Shown one piece after another: positions 1 through 10,110 of a DNA stretch of 64,000 nt. Numbering within the stretch: position 1 is the stretch's first letter; every line of letters starts with the position of its first letter. The stretch comes from Patescibacteria group bacterium (GTDB lineage Bacteria; Patescibacteriota; UBA1384; XYA2-FULL-43-10; 1-14-0-10-43-13), in the NCBI GenBank assembly GCA_041649155.1, contig JBAZNP010000001.1, forward strand, positions 366,564 through 430,563, written 5' to 3'. The notes under the pieces were generated by a model, which did not search any database, had not been told where the DNA came from, and saw only the letters and a list, made by a program, of their open reading frames with translations. The position numbers were made by a program, and so were the translations under genes.

Positions 1-2
1 TA

Positions 3-950
3 AAAGGCAAAGCTAAAAACTTCTTTTCGAAAGAAGCAAAAACTGCCATCGTCGCTTTTATTCTGGAGTGGTGGTGGGCTATTTTGTTAGTAATTTTAAT
101 AATTATCGGCGGCTTTTTGGCATTCAGCTATTTCTTTGGCAATGCAGGCAGAAGCCCGAGTGAAACCGGCCAAAGCATAGTGCAGGCAGCTGATCCAATT
201 AAAGATAAGGCAATGATCCAGAAAGTTCTGGCGTTGTCAGGAAACGGAACTGTCAATAGTCAAGAGCTACAGCAATTGGCGGATGAGCTGGAAGCAATCA
301 AACAATATGCGGACGACAGCACGGACCAGAAAATTGACGTATTGATTAATAAAATCCAAAAATTTAATCAGCTTAACAAACAAAACGGTACAAGCATTAT
401 TAGTTCCCTCAAAGAAATCGTAAGCGAAATTAATGGATGCGTTGAAGTGGCGACAAGTGACTTTTTTAAGTTTGCTTATAACGAAGATGAAGATACTAAA
501 AAAGAAATTTTAGCAGACAAGCTTAAAAGACAAGATGGCCAAACGACACAGCTCGACAAGAGAATTTGTCGCTTACTAGTTACCATTGAAAATAACAAAG
601 AAGCCATCGGAATAAATGACGTCTCAATAACAGCTTTAGTTGATCATAAGGTTTACTCCGGGACCAGAACACATGCAAATGGCAGAGCAGTTGACCTTGA
701 CTGGAGAGATGATAACGACACCAAGATAATTAAATGGATTTTTAATAATTATGACAGCTTAAAACAACAAGGAATCGCGCCTTATGAGGTGAAAGAACCG
801 TTCACTCAATATTTAATTGCCCAAGATGGCGCATTAAAAGGAAGTGACGCTCTCAGTGCAAAAGGGTTCGACAAATCGTCCTTACAGAACCATGGATGGA
901 CTGAATCCGGTACCGTTGGGAGCAATAGCCATATTCACATCGATATTTAA
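3..950 (+). CDS. Membrane-anchored protein with C-terminal M15/DD-peptidase-like Zn domain (5' truncated by window)
   Basis: Frame open from base 3; TM segment, then THANGRAVD (H-x6-D) and terminal SHIHIDI (HxH). Confidence 0.7.
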   Translation, partial: KGKAKNFFSKEAKTAIVAFILEWWWAILLVILIIIGGFLAFSYFFGNAGRSPSETGQSIVQAADPIKDKAMIQKVLALSGNGTVNSQELQQLADELEAIKQYADDSTDQKIDVLINKIQKFNQLNKQNGTSIISSLKEIVSEINGCVEVATSDFFKFAYNEDEDTKKEILADKLKRQDGQTTQLDKRICRLLVTIENNKEAIGINDVSITALVDHKVYSGTRTHANGRAVDLDWRDDNDTKIIKWIFNNYDSLKQQGIAPYEVKEPFTQYLIAQDGALKGSDALSAKGFDKSSLQNHGWTESGTVGSNSHIHIDI

Positions 951-952
951 TT

Positions 953-3900
953 ATGAAAAATTTTCTAAAAAATTTCTTAATCCTAACTATATGTTTTTCC
1001 ACTACTTTTGGGAATTATTTTGCATTTTTCACGCCCCAAAAGACATCAGCCGCAGAAACAACCACAGCAAAACAGGGTGATGGAGAGGCTTCGGAGACAC
1101 CGGATGATAGCAACTTGACAGACAAAGAGACTATCCCCATAGAAGCACAAACTTTAACACAGCATGTTTATAATAGCCAGATTAATACAAATGGGTTTGA
1201 GGATATTAATGACTTGTTTGCTTCTTCTTCAGACCCTAAAATCATTCTTAACGCCGATGATGCTTCTGCCGTGCGCTCACTCTCCTGCATGTCTTCTCTC
1301 ATACCGAACTTTGCGACTAATACTAAAAAACTTTTTGAAATTTTGCCCTCTTCTTCAAGGCCAAGTACCGAGGCAGAACTTTCTGCACTTAAGCTTAGCA
1401 ATTCTGATAAGTTTTATAGTCTGGTCTCACAAGCACAGAATATCTGGTACGAAAATAATGAGGGCTTTATATTAAATGACATGAGCACTTTGGAATGTTT
1501 ATCAGGTCTTTCTGCTAACGAAATTGTTGATTTAAGGGCAAGAGATCCACAGCAGTTAACAACAATCATCAATGATTCAAAAGAATCTCTTACAATCGAC
1601 ATAAGAGTCTTAAAAACACTAATCTACTTAGTCACCCCAAAAAATCAAGGTGGTGCCGGCCATTATAGAATAAAGGTAGCGCGCATAAGAACTGGTTACA
1701 CTTCAAAATCAAGGCAAACTTCCAGAGAGTCAAATTATATAGTGGATCAGCTCAACAGCAGCACTACAACAACCACAAGCAGCAGTGATCTTTCAGGGGA
1801 AACAGCTGCCGAAATCGGGATGAATCGGGACATCAGCAGTTCAGACTCATACGACTTAGACGGAACAAACGCAACAGCAATTGTTGAAGACGAAAATGGT
1901 GATGAGTATGATGCCTATATTAATGATCAGCTTCAAAATGAAGATGAATCTACCGATAGTAGCACAAGTAGCGATAAAACTGAAAAGAATATATCAGCTC
2001 ACTCTGAAGGAAAAGCTATTGATATCTCAGAAGTAGATGATATTCGATGTACATTAATCGAGAGAAAAAGAGTCGGACACACTAGCAAAACCAGTTATTC
2101 CCAAAGACCGATTAAACTAGCATGGCAAACACAAGAAGGCTATGCTGAGTCCGGAGGATATGACGGAGGCGATCTAGGCCAACTTTTTAAAGAATCTGCG
2201 TCAGACGAGATTAGAAGTCTGATCGAAGAACTGGGCGGAGATCCAAGTAATTATGATGGAGATCTTTCACAAGGAAACTTTTCCGACATCGTTCAGGTGA
2301 TAGGAAAATCATTATTCTCTCAAATTATCAATTCCCCTTCATCTAATTTCTCCGGTTACGATTTTCAAGATACTTTGCAAAAAATCGGCAGCGTGTATTT
2401 TGCTGATTTATTAGGTCTAGAAAAAGAAATTTTTGTAGATCAAGATATCACTTCCCTAGATGATCTTCAAAGAGTTGTTGGGCAAGCAGCGCTAGAAGAA
2501 CGCTTAAATCTTCCTTTCGGGACATTTACCGGCGACACGCTCGAAGACACTCTTCTAAATATCGGTCAGAGAAAAATTGAGTATGAAATGGGGCTAAATT
2601 CATCTTCTCTCAACAGTCTCTTAAATGACAATACGCAAAGTCTGCCCTTGATAGTCGGGGAAGCAGCAATAGAAAAAGCCCTTTCATTAAAAGAAGGATC
2701 TTTCACCGGCAATAGTTTCTCAGAACTCAAAAAGAATGTGGGTGAGATTAAAGGAAAAACGATATTCATCGATACAACCTATCCAGATAACATTCTCCAC
2801 CTTGACTCGGGGACAACAAACAAATTAGTATCCGGACAATTAAGCCCTATCGCCTACACAACGCTAGTTGGGCAAACAAGACTTGATGATACTGCATATG
2901 GATTTAAATATTTGTCGACCCATGAAAGTGCCTATAACTTACCGGAAGGCACTTGGTCCAATGCACTCTTGGGCAAAAAAGATGCCCTAAAAACCATCGG
3001 CGTAAATACGATCTCTAAAGCCTTTGCGACAGACGATGAACAACGGACTGCAATGGAAAAATGGCTCATCAGCAACACAGCAAAAAATTCGGATGATGAT
3101 TGCACCATAAACCTATATCCCGAAGTAAACATCACTGTTAAGGACGAAGATAAAACAGTTGCGATACTCGAAGATAATGCAATCGAAGCCGGGCTAGCTA
3201 CAGGAGATTTTTACAAAATGTTCGGTTGCGCAAAATCAAATCCGGCAAGCGTTTTTGAAAAAACCGGCAGCAAAATCCTTTATTATGCACTAGCCAATTA
3301 TGATTCAAGCTCAGAAGAAAAATTTAAGATTGATCTTATGGATACCAATTCGGAGTATAAACTTTTACAAAATGATCAGCTTGAATTTTATCTGCCCAGA
3401 ATTCAGGAAATGAATACTACTACAAACCGGATTACTAGTAACTGGGAAGACCAAAGTTCACAGTTAGATTATCAGCCTATCATGGCTTCTCTAAGTCATA
3501 TTAAAAGTATCGTCGGGGACTCAAAATATTATTCAAACAAAAACACTATCCAAACTGCCTCAAAAAAAATATCAATTGAAATTGGCATCTTAAAATCCAT
3601 ATTTGAAAAAGATCAAAAAGAACATCAGGAATTAAAAAATAAAATTAATTCAACACACATAGACATCAACAGGCTAACAACCTTATCAAGCGAAATACTA
3701 GAAGGAAGAATAGTCCCGTCAACTGAGAATATTCAATTAAGCCAAATACCCGCTTCAGGGCTTACCAGCGATGCCGAGCAGTACAGCGAATCTTCTTCAG
3801 CGTCAGGAAAAACAGGCAAGGTCGGCATAATGCTTCTCCTTGCAAGAAAAATCGATCCTAAAGACTTCTTTTTGTCCGTCGGAACGGACAAAACCGAGAC

Positions 3901-6900
3901 TGAGCTTAGTTTGCCTCAAAATTCACTTTATTATTACGTGCAGAATTTGGAGAAAAAGGGATTATCAGGTCAAGACGCTTTCTATCAATCGATCGGACAA
4001 GCCAAAATTGAAGAGGAATTCGGTATGCCTAGCTTCTATTTCCAAGGGTCTCTCTATAAGATAACCGACAAGCCAGATTTCCAGAACGATCTGGACTCGT
4101 TAATGAAATATAATGGATTCAACCAAGATGATAAACTCTATGATTCAACTAAAGACTATATTTTTCAGGCCAAAACAAAGAATGTAGGGGTATTTAACTA
4201 TTATGTTCAAAAAGCCGAAAACAAATACAGTGAAGGGCTCGCTAAGTATAAAAAAGAAATCAATACTGAAGGAAGCAGCAAAGTAGTCGAGAGCACCCTG
4301 AATGACCTGATTACAAATGTTAAAGCAAACGGATTAACCGACGGAATACGTTCGGCAGAAAATGATTTGCTATTTAGAATGGGAATAGCAGGAAATTTAC
4401 AATCCCTCATGAATGATAGTCCGATTGCCTGGAGTACAGCGAATAAGACCGCCAGTGAAATCGACAAGAAGCTATCTCTCGAAGACGGAACCACTAGATC
4501 TCTGTTTACCAGCAGCTTCGTCCCCTTAAACGACGGCAAAGACATTTTAGGTGAAAATGATAAAAAGATTGTTTCCGGCAAACTAGAAATAACAACAAGC
4601 GCAATCAATAAATATCTGGAAGCTTTAAATGGGGATATAGACCCAGATGATCTCACAACAGCAGGCCAGGAAATAACCTATAACTCTTCTAACCCCTACG
4701 CAGCAAAAACCGATGCTTCCACAGATAACTTGTGTACCAGCTTGTTTAATGCCAGCGACAACGGGATCTCCTTGTCAAAGCAATTCGTAAATGATTCTTT
4801 CTGGTTCAGAGACAAAGACGGAATAGTATTTGCCCAAAATCAGGAAAGCGCAAAACAACTAAGAGACCAAAATTCTGACAAAAAAATTACATTTCTAGAG
4901 GAAATTGCCATTGGATTAGCGAAAGTAACAGGGAAAAGCCAAAGTGAAGTTCAGAACGCTTTGTTGGCTTATCTCAAAAACGGCGGTCAGAAAACTCTGT
5001 TCAGCTTTTCTGACGAGCAGTACGAGGCGATGGAGAAAAGTTCAGGCATACCAAAAGACATTCTTCAGAAATTATTTGTACGTCAAAACGCTACCCAAAT
5101 CAACAATTCTCTCTCAGCTTACAAAAAAGCAGTCGGCCAAAGCACAGCTAAAAAAATTATAAATTATAAACTTTTCCAGGGACTAGGGGTGAGTCTAGAC
5201 TCTACTTCATTTGATTCTGACAGCCTATACGAAATAATGAACGGAAATTACAAACCTTTGTATGACATCGGGGCATTATTGATTGATAAAAAATTAAATC
5301 TGCCGACAGGAACGATCACGGATATAACTACGGCCAGCACACAAAAAATGAAAACCTGTGCTTTGGCGGAAGCCGGCGGCGGTATGCTGGGAGGATTAAT
5401 CGGCCTGAACTATGTATCAATGAAAGGCGACATCAGAACAAATCTCGGGCAATCAGTGATAGAAACAACTTTGAACTTGCCGCGAGGCACTTTTAAAGGA
5501 AATTCTCTCGACGAACTAGTTAAGAGCACTTCTCCCGTCAACTTTGTGCTCGGCTTCCAAATTCCAATAGAAGGGGTTGTGTCCAGCGATATAGTTCAGG
5601 GGATATTTGGCACAACTACTGCCAAAATGTCATCCAGCGACATTACTGACACGATGAAACTTAACCAAATTAAAAATTATCTTGAAGTAAAAAGTCTGTT
5701 ATCGAGCTCTGAAAGTAAAGCTGTCTCTAATTTAGACAACAAACTTGAAAGCCAAATCAAACTCATATCAAGCGATTCCTCTAAATGGACTACCAATTTT
5801 CAAAATCGTGTTAAGTTTTTGGACAACATCCTCGGGCTATCTGCCGACACGACAAAAAATATGCTTACGGGGGGGATCAGCCCGAATGCTTATCTGGACA
5901 TGGCAGCAGGCAAGTCGCTTCAAGGCATAGCGGCTCTTAACGTAATTAATATTTTCGACTTAGAAGAATACCAAAGTGCAGCAGCGATGAACTTGGTTAG
6001 AAACTTCGGATCGATGATAACCAATGGACAATATAATGATATCTACTCTTCTCTATCAGATGTATTTAATGTCAACTTGGACGCAAAAGCTGGATTTACC
6101 AAAGGGACAGCCTCTAATGTATTGGGAGACCCAAAAAATGCAGCAAAAATACTTCTGGCAGAAGGAATAAAAAAAGTCGACCAAAGTTTGGGCTTAGACT
6201 CAAATAGCGACACCTCCTTAACCAAGTTATATGATTATCAGCAAACAAATCTTGAGCAATGCAAGGCATCAATTTTACAACCAGAGCAAGAAGCTGCGCT
6301 GAAAGACGAGGAAATCCAACTTAAATTGCCAAACTTGACCACAAATAATGATGCGAGATTAGCCGAGATATCAAACACAAGATCCACCGCTAACCAGAGC
6401 TACAATGATTGCAAAACGCAATCCATAGAAGAAGCCACAACTTCATCCCATCTCATATTCAGAACTGCAGTGAACGATAAAATTTCATCCGCAATATCCA
6501 ACAAGATTTCTGAAATTACACAGGGCACTATTATTATGCCGAAAGAAGATGTCAGCAACTTCATTAAAAACGGCGATATGAAATATTTCGAAACAATAGG
6601 ATTGGCATATGCAGCAAACATAGTATTAAACAAAGCGGGCAATAACGAACTTGTGCCTCCAGGGATGAGGATAACCTATAAAGATTTATATCTGGCAACT
6701 TTCGGCGATAGAAACGCTGAAGCAAGTGCCGGAGATGCAGCTGTTTACGCCGATGTAAACAATATAACCTACTCTGACTTCAATACTCCGTACAGATACG
6801 GCGACGTTTGTGGCACGCTTGGAAGCATAGGTTGCCTTAATGCTGATAGCTACTTGAGCATGGATTCTTCCAGTGCATTGCCTCGAGACGAAAGTCAACT

Positions 6901-8431
6901 TGTGGCAGCTAATCAGGCTTCGACAAACGCTATGTACGGCTACAACCCAAGTGACGCGGCTACTGTTAGCACTGCTAGTTCCAAATACCAGACCAAATAC
7001 GGAGACAATCTAACTATCGCCAATAGCGATCAATGTAAACAGGATCCAATGTCTGAAACATGTCAAAAAGCTGCAGGCGCTTTAACCAATCTTAACAGTG
7101 TAAAGGGTGAAGCACGACAAAAATCGAGACAAACTTTTATCGACGACCTAAAGTACAAAACGACCGACGCTCTTCTCTGGAATCTTGATAAGAACGTCTA
7201 CCCCGGACTTAGTTACGCCCTCTTAAGGGGAGATGCGACAGTAAAGCAAAACGCTATGGCCAACTACATACGAAACGGCATTATGAGAGGGGAACTTTTT
7301 GGCATCGATATTAGTTCTAGATTAAAAAATGTCGGGGAATGGATTAACACTTATGATACTTTTTCCGATCTTACATCAGCAGTATCAAACGGGGGGTTAG
7401 ACAGCTTTTTCCAATCAGGCGGCGGTTATACTGCTCTTAATGACTTCGTCAACAATAACTCAAAGAACTGGTTTGGCTTTGATATGCCGGAAAATATGCT
7501 TGGAGGCTTGACCGTCGGTTTATCTACGGGCGTTTGGGACGCTAGCAAATTAGACCTCTCAGATTCAAGACTTATTAAATTTGATGGAGGGATTTATAAA
7601 GGCACAAACGGTAAATTACAGATACCTACCATGACCCAGATTGGCAAAAATTTACTGAACGATAAAATAACAGATCTAAAAAATGGTTTGGAAGGTAAAT
7701 TGTTCTCTTGGACCGACAAAATTCTTGGATGGGACTCAGGAACGGCTTATCAAACATACCAAGCATATGAGAATGTTCAAAAAGCCAGAGAAGCATATAT
7801 AAACATTAAAGATATTTCTGGAGCAGCTAAAGCAAAAGCAGCAGCAGATTATGATGCAGCCAAAGCTCAATTAATTACATTCGTAGTCACTACAGTTTTT
7901 TCAAAACAGATAGCTGCAGCAGAAGAATCACTTGGTTTGGTTTCAGGGACAGGCTCAATGCTTGCAACGATGCTTATCACTGGTTTCAACCCCATAGGCT
8001 TGATTACGTTTGTCGGAATGAATTTATTTATGGTTTATAAGGTAGAGCTAAAATGTAGCGCGGATGGTTATTATCCAGAAATGCAGGCCGGAACTTCTTC
8101 AAATGTGGTTGATGTAACAGGATTGGGAGTATGGAACGGGATGAGTCAAGAAACCTCAAAAAAGAAGTCCATTGAAGCGGCCCAGTATAAAGCAAGCCGA
8201 TTGATCGGAGACGTACTGTCAATGCAGGACAGCCCTAAATACGCCGACGTAATTCCAAGTCAGATTATGACTGGACGACAAGAGGATGTTGATTTATGGG
8301 ACCCTGCAATCACATATTACCTATGCTCAAAACTCGGCAACACTTCTATAAAGGGAATTTGTGGAGGAAATACAAGAGCTGGAGTGTGGGAGAATCCACA
8401 AACAGTAGCTCTGACACATATAGGATTTTAG
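953..8431 (+). CDS. Giant secreted/surface protein, 2492 aa, with degenerate repeats and split peptidase-like motifs
   Basis: Uninterrupted ORF, signal peptide ending TSA-AE, recurring (E/D)xxLxLxxGT motif, SAHSEGKAIDI and terminal THIGF. Confidence 0.8.
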   Translation: MKNFLKNFLILTICFSTTFGNYFAFFTPQKTSAAETTTAKQGDGEASETPDDSNLTDKETIPIEAQTLTQHVYNSQINTNGFEDINDLFASSSDPKIILNADDASAVRSLSCMSSLIPNFATNTKKLFEILPSSSRPSTEAELSALKLSNSDKFYSLVSQAQNIWYENNEGFILNDMSTLECLSGLSANEIVDLRARDPQQLTTIINDSKESLTIDIRVLKTLIYLVTPKNQGGAGHYRIKVARIRTGYTSKSRQTSRESNYIVDQLNSSTTTTTSSSDLSGETAAEIGMNRDISSSDSYDLDGTNATAIVEDENGDEYDAYINDQLQNEDESTDSSTSSDKTEKNISAHSEGKAIDISEVDDIRCTLIERKRVGHTSKTSYSQRPIKLAWQTQEGYAESGGYDGGDLGQLFKESASDEIRSLIEELGGDPSNYDGDLSQGNFSDIVQVIGKSLFSQIINSPSSNFSGYDFQDTLQKIGSVYFADLLGLEKEIFVDQDITSLDDLQRVVGQAALEERLNLPFGTFTGDTLEDTLLNIGQRKIEYEMGLNSSSLNSLLNDNTQSLPLIVGEAAIEKALSLKEGSFTGNSFSELKKNVGEIKGKTIFIDTTYPDNILHLDSGTTNKLVSGQLSPIAYTTLVGQTRLDDTAYGFKYLSTHESAYNLPEGTWSNALLGKKDALKTIGVNTISKAFATDDEQRTAMEKWLISNTAKNSDDDCTINLYPEVNITVKDEDKTVAILEDNAIEAGLATGDFYKMFGCAKSNPASVFEKTGSKILYYALANYDSSSEEKFKIDLMDTNSEYKLLQNDQLEFYLPRIQEMNTTTNRITSNWEDQSSQLDYQPIMASLSHIKSIVGDSKYYSNKNTIQTASKKISIEIGILKSIFEKDQKEHQELKNKINSTHIDINRLTTLSSEILEGRIVPSTENIQLSQIPASGLTSDAEQYSESSSASGKTGKVGIMLLLARKIDPKDFFLSVGTDKTETELSLPQNSLYYYVQNLEKKGLSGQDAFYQSIGQAKIEEEFGMPSFYFQGSLYKITDKPDFQNDLDSLMKYNGFNQDDKLYDSTKDYIFQAKTKNVGVFNYYVQKAENKYSEGLAKYKKEINTEGSSKVVESTLNDLITNVKANGLTDGIRSAENDLLFRMGIAGNLQSLMNDSPIAWSTANKTASEIDKKLSLEDGTTRSLFTSSFVPLNDGKDILGENDKKIVSGKLEITTSAINKYLEALNGDIDPDDLTTAGQEITYNSSNPYAAKTDASTDNLCTSLFNASDNGISLSKQFVNDSFWFRDKDGIVFAQNQESAKQLRDQNSDKKITFLEEIAIGLAKVTGKSQSEVQNALLAYLKNGGQKTLFSFSDEQYEAMEKSSGIPKDILQKLFVRQNATQINNSLSAYKKAVGQSTAKKIINYKLFQGLGVSLDSTSFDSDSLYEIMNGNYKPLYDIGALLIDKKLNLPTGTITDITTASTQKMKTCALAEAGGGMLGGLIGLNYVSMKGDIRTNLGQSVIETTLNLPRGTFKGNSLDELVKSTSPVNFVLGFQIPIEGVVSSDIVQGIFGTTTAKMSSSDITDTMKLNQIKNYLEVKSLLSSSESKAVSNLDNKLESQIKLISSDSSKWTTNFQNRVKFLDNILGLSADTTKNMLTGGISPNAYLDMAAGKSLQGIAALNVINIFDLEEYQSAAAMNLVRNFGSMITNGQYNDIYSSLSDVFNVNLDAKAGFTKGTASNVLGDPKNAAKILLAEGIKKVDQSLGLDSNSDTSLTKLYDYQQTNLEQCKASILQPEQEAALKDEEIQLKLPNLTTNNDARLAEISNTRSTANQSYNDCKTQSIEEATTSSHLIFRTAVNDKISSAISNKISEITQGTIIMPKEDVSNFIKNGDMKYFETIGLAYAANIVLNKAGNNELVPPGMRITYKDLYLATFGDRNAEASAGDAAVYADVNNITYSDFNTPYRYGDVCGTLGSIGCLNADSYLSMDSSSALPRDESQLVAANQASTNAMYGYNPSDAATVSTASSKYQTKYGDNLTIANSDQCKQDPMSETCQKAAGALTNLNSVKGEARQKSRQTFIDDLKYKTTDALLWNLDKNVYPGLSYALLRGDATVKQNAMANYIRNGIMRGELFGIDISSRLKNVGEWINTYDTFSDLTSAVSNGGLDSFFQSGGGYTALNDFVNNNSKNWFGFDMPENMLGGLTVGLSTGVWDASKLDLSDSRLIKFDGGIYKGTNGKLQIPTMTQIGKNLLNDKITDLKNGLEGKLFSWTDKILGWDSGTAYQTYQAYENVQKAREAYINIKDISGAAKAKAAADYDAAKAQLITFVVTTVFSKQIAAAEESLGLVSGTGSMLATMLITGFNPIGLITFVGMNLFMVYKVELKCSADGYYPEMQAGTSSNVVDVTGLGVWNGMSQETSKKKSIEAAQYKASRLIGDVLSMQDSPKYADVIPSQIMTGRQEDVDLWDPAITYYLCSKLGNTSIKGICGGNTRAGVWENPQTVALTHIGF

Positions 8432-8439
8432 CTGCTGCT

Positions 8440-8550
8440 AATTTAAAATTTTCAATTTAGAATTTAAAATGAATTATTAATTTTTTAATGTTTAAACATT
8501 TAGATTTTTAAATTGAATTTATAATTTGTAAATTATAAATTTTAAATTTA
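8440..8550. repeat. AT-rich degenerate heptamer tract between convergent genes
   Basis: AATTTAA/AATTTAG/AATTTTA units with 7-bp period. Confidence 0.6.
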
Positions 8551-8823
8551 CTAGTTAGTATTAACTATTCTTAAATTTCGGACGATCTTTCGTCCGATTT
8601 TTTTATTGAGATAATCTATCAAATCTTCCGACAGCATTTGTAGCTCCGAAGCCTCAGAAGAAGACATCGCAGAAACCTTTAAAACGCCCCCAGAAAAAGA
8701 AATTGGGGCTACAGACATCTTGCCCCAGTTTTCAACATAAAAACAAATCTGGGCGCTTTCTGTGGTCTTGGCGAGGCCCTTCTTTGCCAGACTTGCCCTT
8801 AAAATTTTATCTAATTTTTCCAT
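8551..8823 (-). CDS. dciA: DUF721/DciA family protein
   Basis: 90 aa with GVLKVSAMSSSEASEL..LIDYLNKKIG pattern; downstream of recF. Confidence 0.7.
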   Translation of the reverse strand: MEKLDKILRASLAKKGLAKTTESAQICFYVENWGKMSVAPISFSGGVLKVSAMSSSEASELQMLSEDLIDYLNKKIGRKIVRNLRIVNTN

Positions 8824-8872
8824 GCTTGCTATTAGAAACTAGTTTATTTAAATATAATCTTACTGCTCGCTC

Positions 8873-8958
8873 TGTCATTCCCGCGAAGGCGGGAATCTAC
8901 TAATGGTAAAAACTATCTTGTATCCACGGGCCATGGCGTTGCCTGCCCGAGGATGACG
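8873..8958. repeat. GTCAT-tagged palindrome pair (dRS3-like)
   Basis: TGTCATTCCCGCGAAGGCGGGAATCTA ... GAGGATGACG. Confidence 0.8.
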
Positions 8959-8999
8959 CAAGAAGAAAGGTTCGCCCCCAGCCCTCCACCCTCTGCCTT

Positions 9000-10073
9000 C
9001 TACTCTCTACTTGCTTTAATCTCAATAACTTTTGATTTTTTTAATAATTCCGGCGATAGATGGTCTGCTTCTGTTGAAGTAATTAGAGTTTGATACTGAG
9101 ACACAAGCTCGCCTAAGTGAGACCGCCTCTCCGGATCAAATTCAGAGAAAATATCATCCAAAAGAAGTATTGGTTTATCCATATCTTCCCCCGCTGCTAG
9201 ACCTTGTTCTTTAATTTTTTCCATATATTTAAGCTCAGAAATCTTCAGTGCCAGAATAGCAGATCTAATTTCTCCCCTCGAGGCAAAATTAGCCATGTTG
9301 CGGCCGTTCAACTCAAATACTACATCATCACGATGCGGGCCAACAAGGGATCTTCCGGAAGATATTTCCCTATATCTAAGTCGGTCTAAAACATCAGCTA
9401 AATCACCTTCAAAATTCTGACAATAAATCATTTTAAGATCCGCACCAAAATCACCAGAAATAGATCTGTAAAGATCAGGTAAAAATTCATTTATTTCATC
9501 AGCAGCCTTTTTTCTTCTCTTAATTATCAACTCTCCAAACTTGACCAGCTCCTTATCCCAAAAACTCATCTCCTGCTCGCTTGCCTGTCTTTTATTTATT
9601 CTTTGTAATAAATTATTTCTCTGTTGTTTAACTTTTTTATAACTGACTAAAGCTTCTAGATATTCTCTATCAACCTGACTTATCATTACGTCTAAAAATC
9701 GGCGTCTATCTGAAGGCGAACCGGAAATTATCGAAATAGTCTCTGCAGAAAAAACAACTGTGGGTAAAATTCCGACAAAGTTAGACAATTTTCGAACCAC
9801 TCCTTTTTCTTTAGCCTGCATGAAAAGGCGCGGCGTTCTGGTTAAAAAAATTTCCAGATTGTCCCCGCTTATTCTCGCATAATCAGAATTAAAATTAATC
9901 AAATTTTTCTTGTCATCTTCGCGAAATGAACGGCAGAAAGAAAGTAGAGCCACTGCCTCTAAAATATTACTTTTGCCAGCGCCGTTTAGCCCGACTAAAA
10001 CAGTGACCTGATCAAAATCAATTTCAAATTTCTGATGATTGCGAAAATTTTCTAGTTTAAGTCTTTTAAACAC
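9000..10073 (-). CDS. recF: DNA replication/repair protein RecF
   Basis: GLNGAGKSN Walker A, GPHRDD, ASRGE, LLLDDIFSE; follows dnaN. Confidence 0.95.
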   Translation of the reverse strand: MFKRLKLENFRNHQKFEIDFDQVTVLVGLNGAGKSNILEAVALLSFCRSFREDDKKNLINFNSDYARISGDNLEIFLTRTPRLFMQAKEKGVVRKLSNFVGILPTVVFSAETISIISGSPSDRRRFLDVMISQVDREYLEALVSYKKVKQQRNNLLQRINKRQASEQEMSFWDKELVKFGELIIKRRKKAADEINEFLPDLYRSISGDFGADLKMIYCQNFEGDLADVLDRLRYREISSGRSLVGPHRDDVVFELNGRNMANFASRGEIRSAILALKISELKYMEKIKEQGLAAGEDMDKPILLLDDIFSEFDPERRSHLGELVSQYQTLITSTEADHLSPELLKKSKVIEIKASRE

Positions 10074-10110
10074 AGCTTACCAAATTCTAAATTGAAAATT
10101 TTAAATTAAT

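Noticed and set aside
1164-8222. Short overlapping and antisense ORFs within the giant gene and other long CDSs
   Set aside because: Shadow frames with no motifs or independent signals
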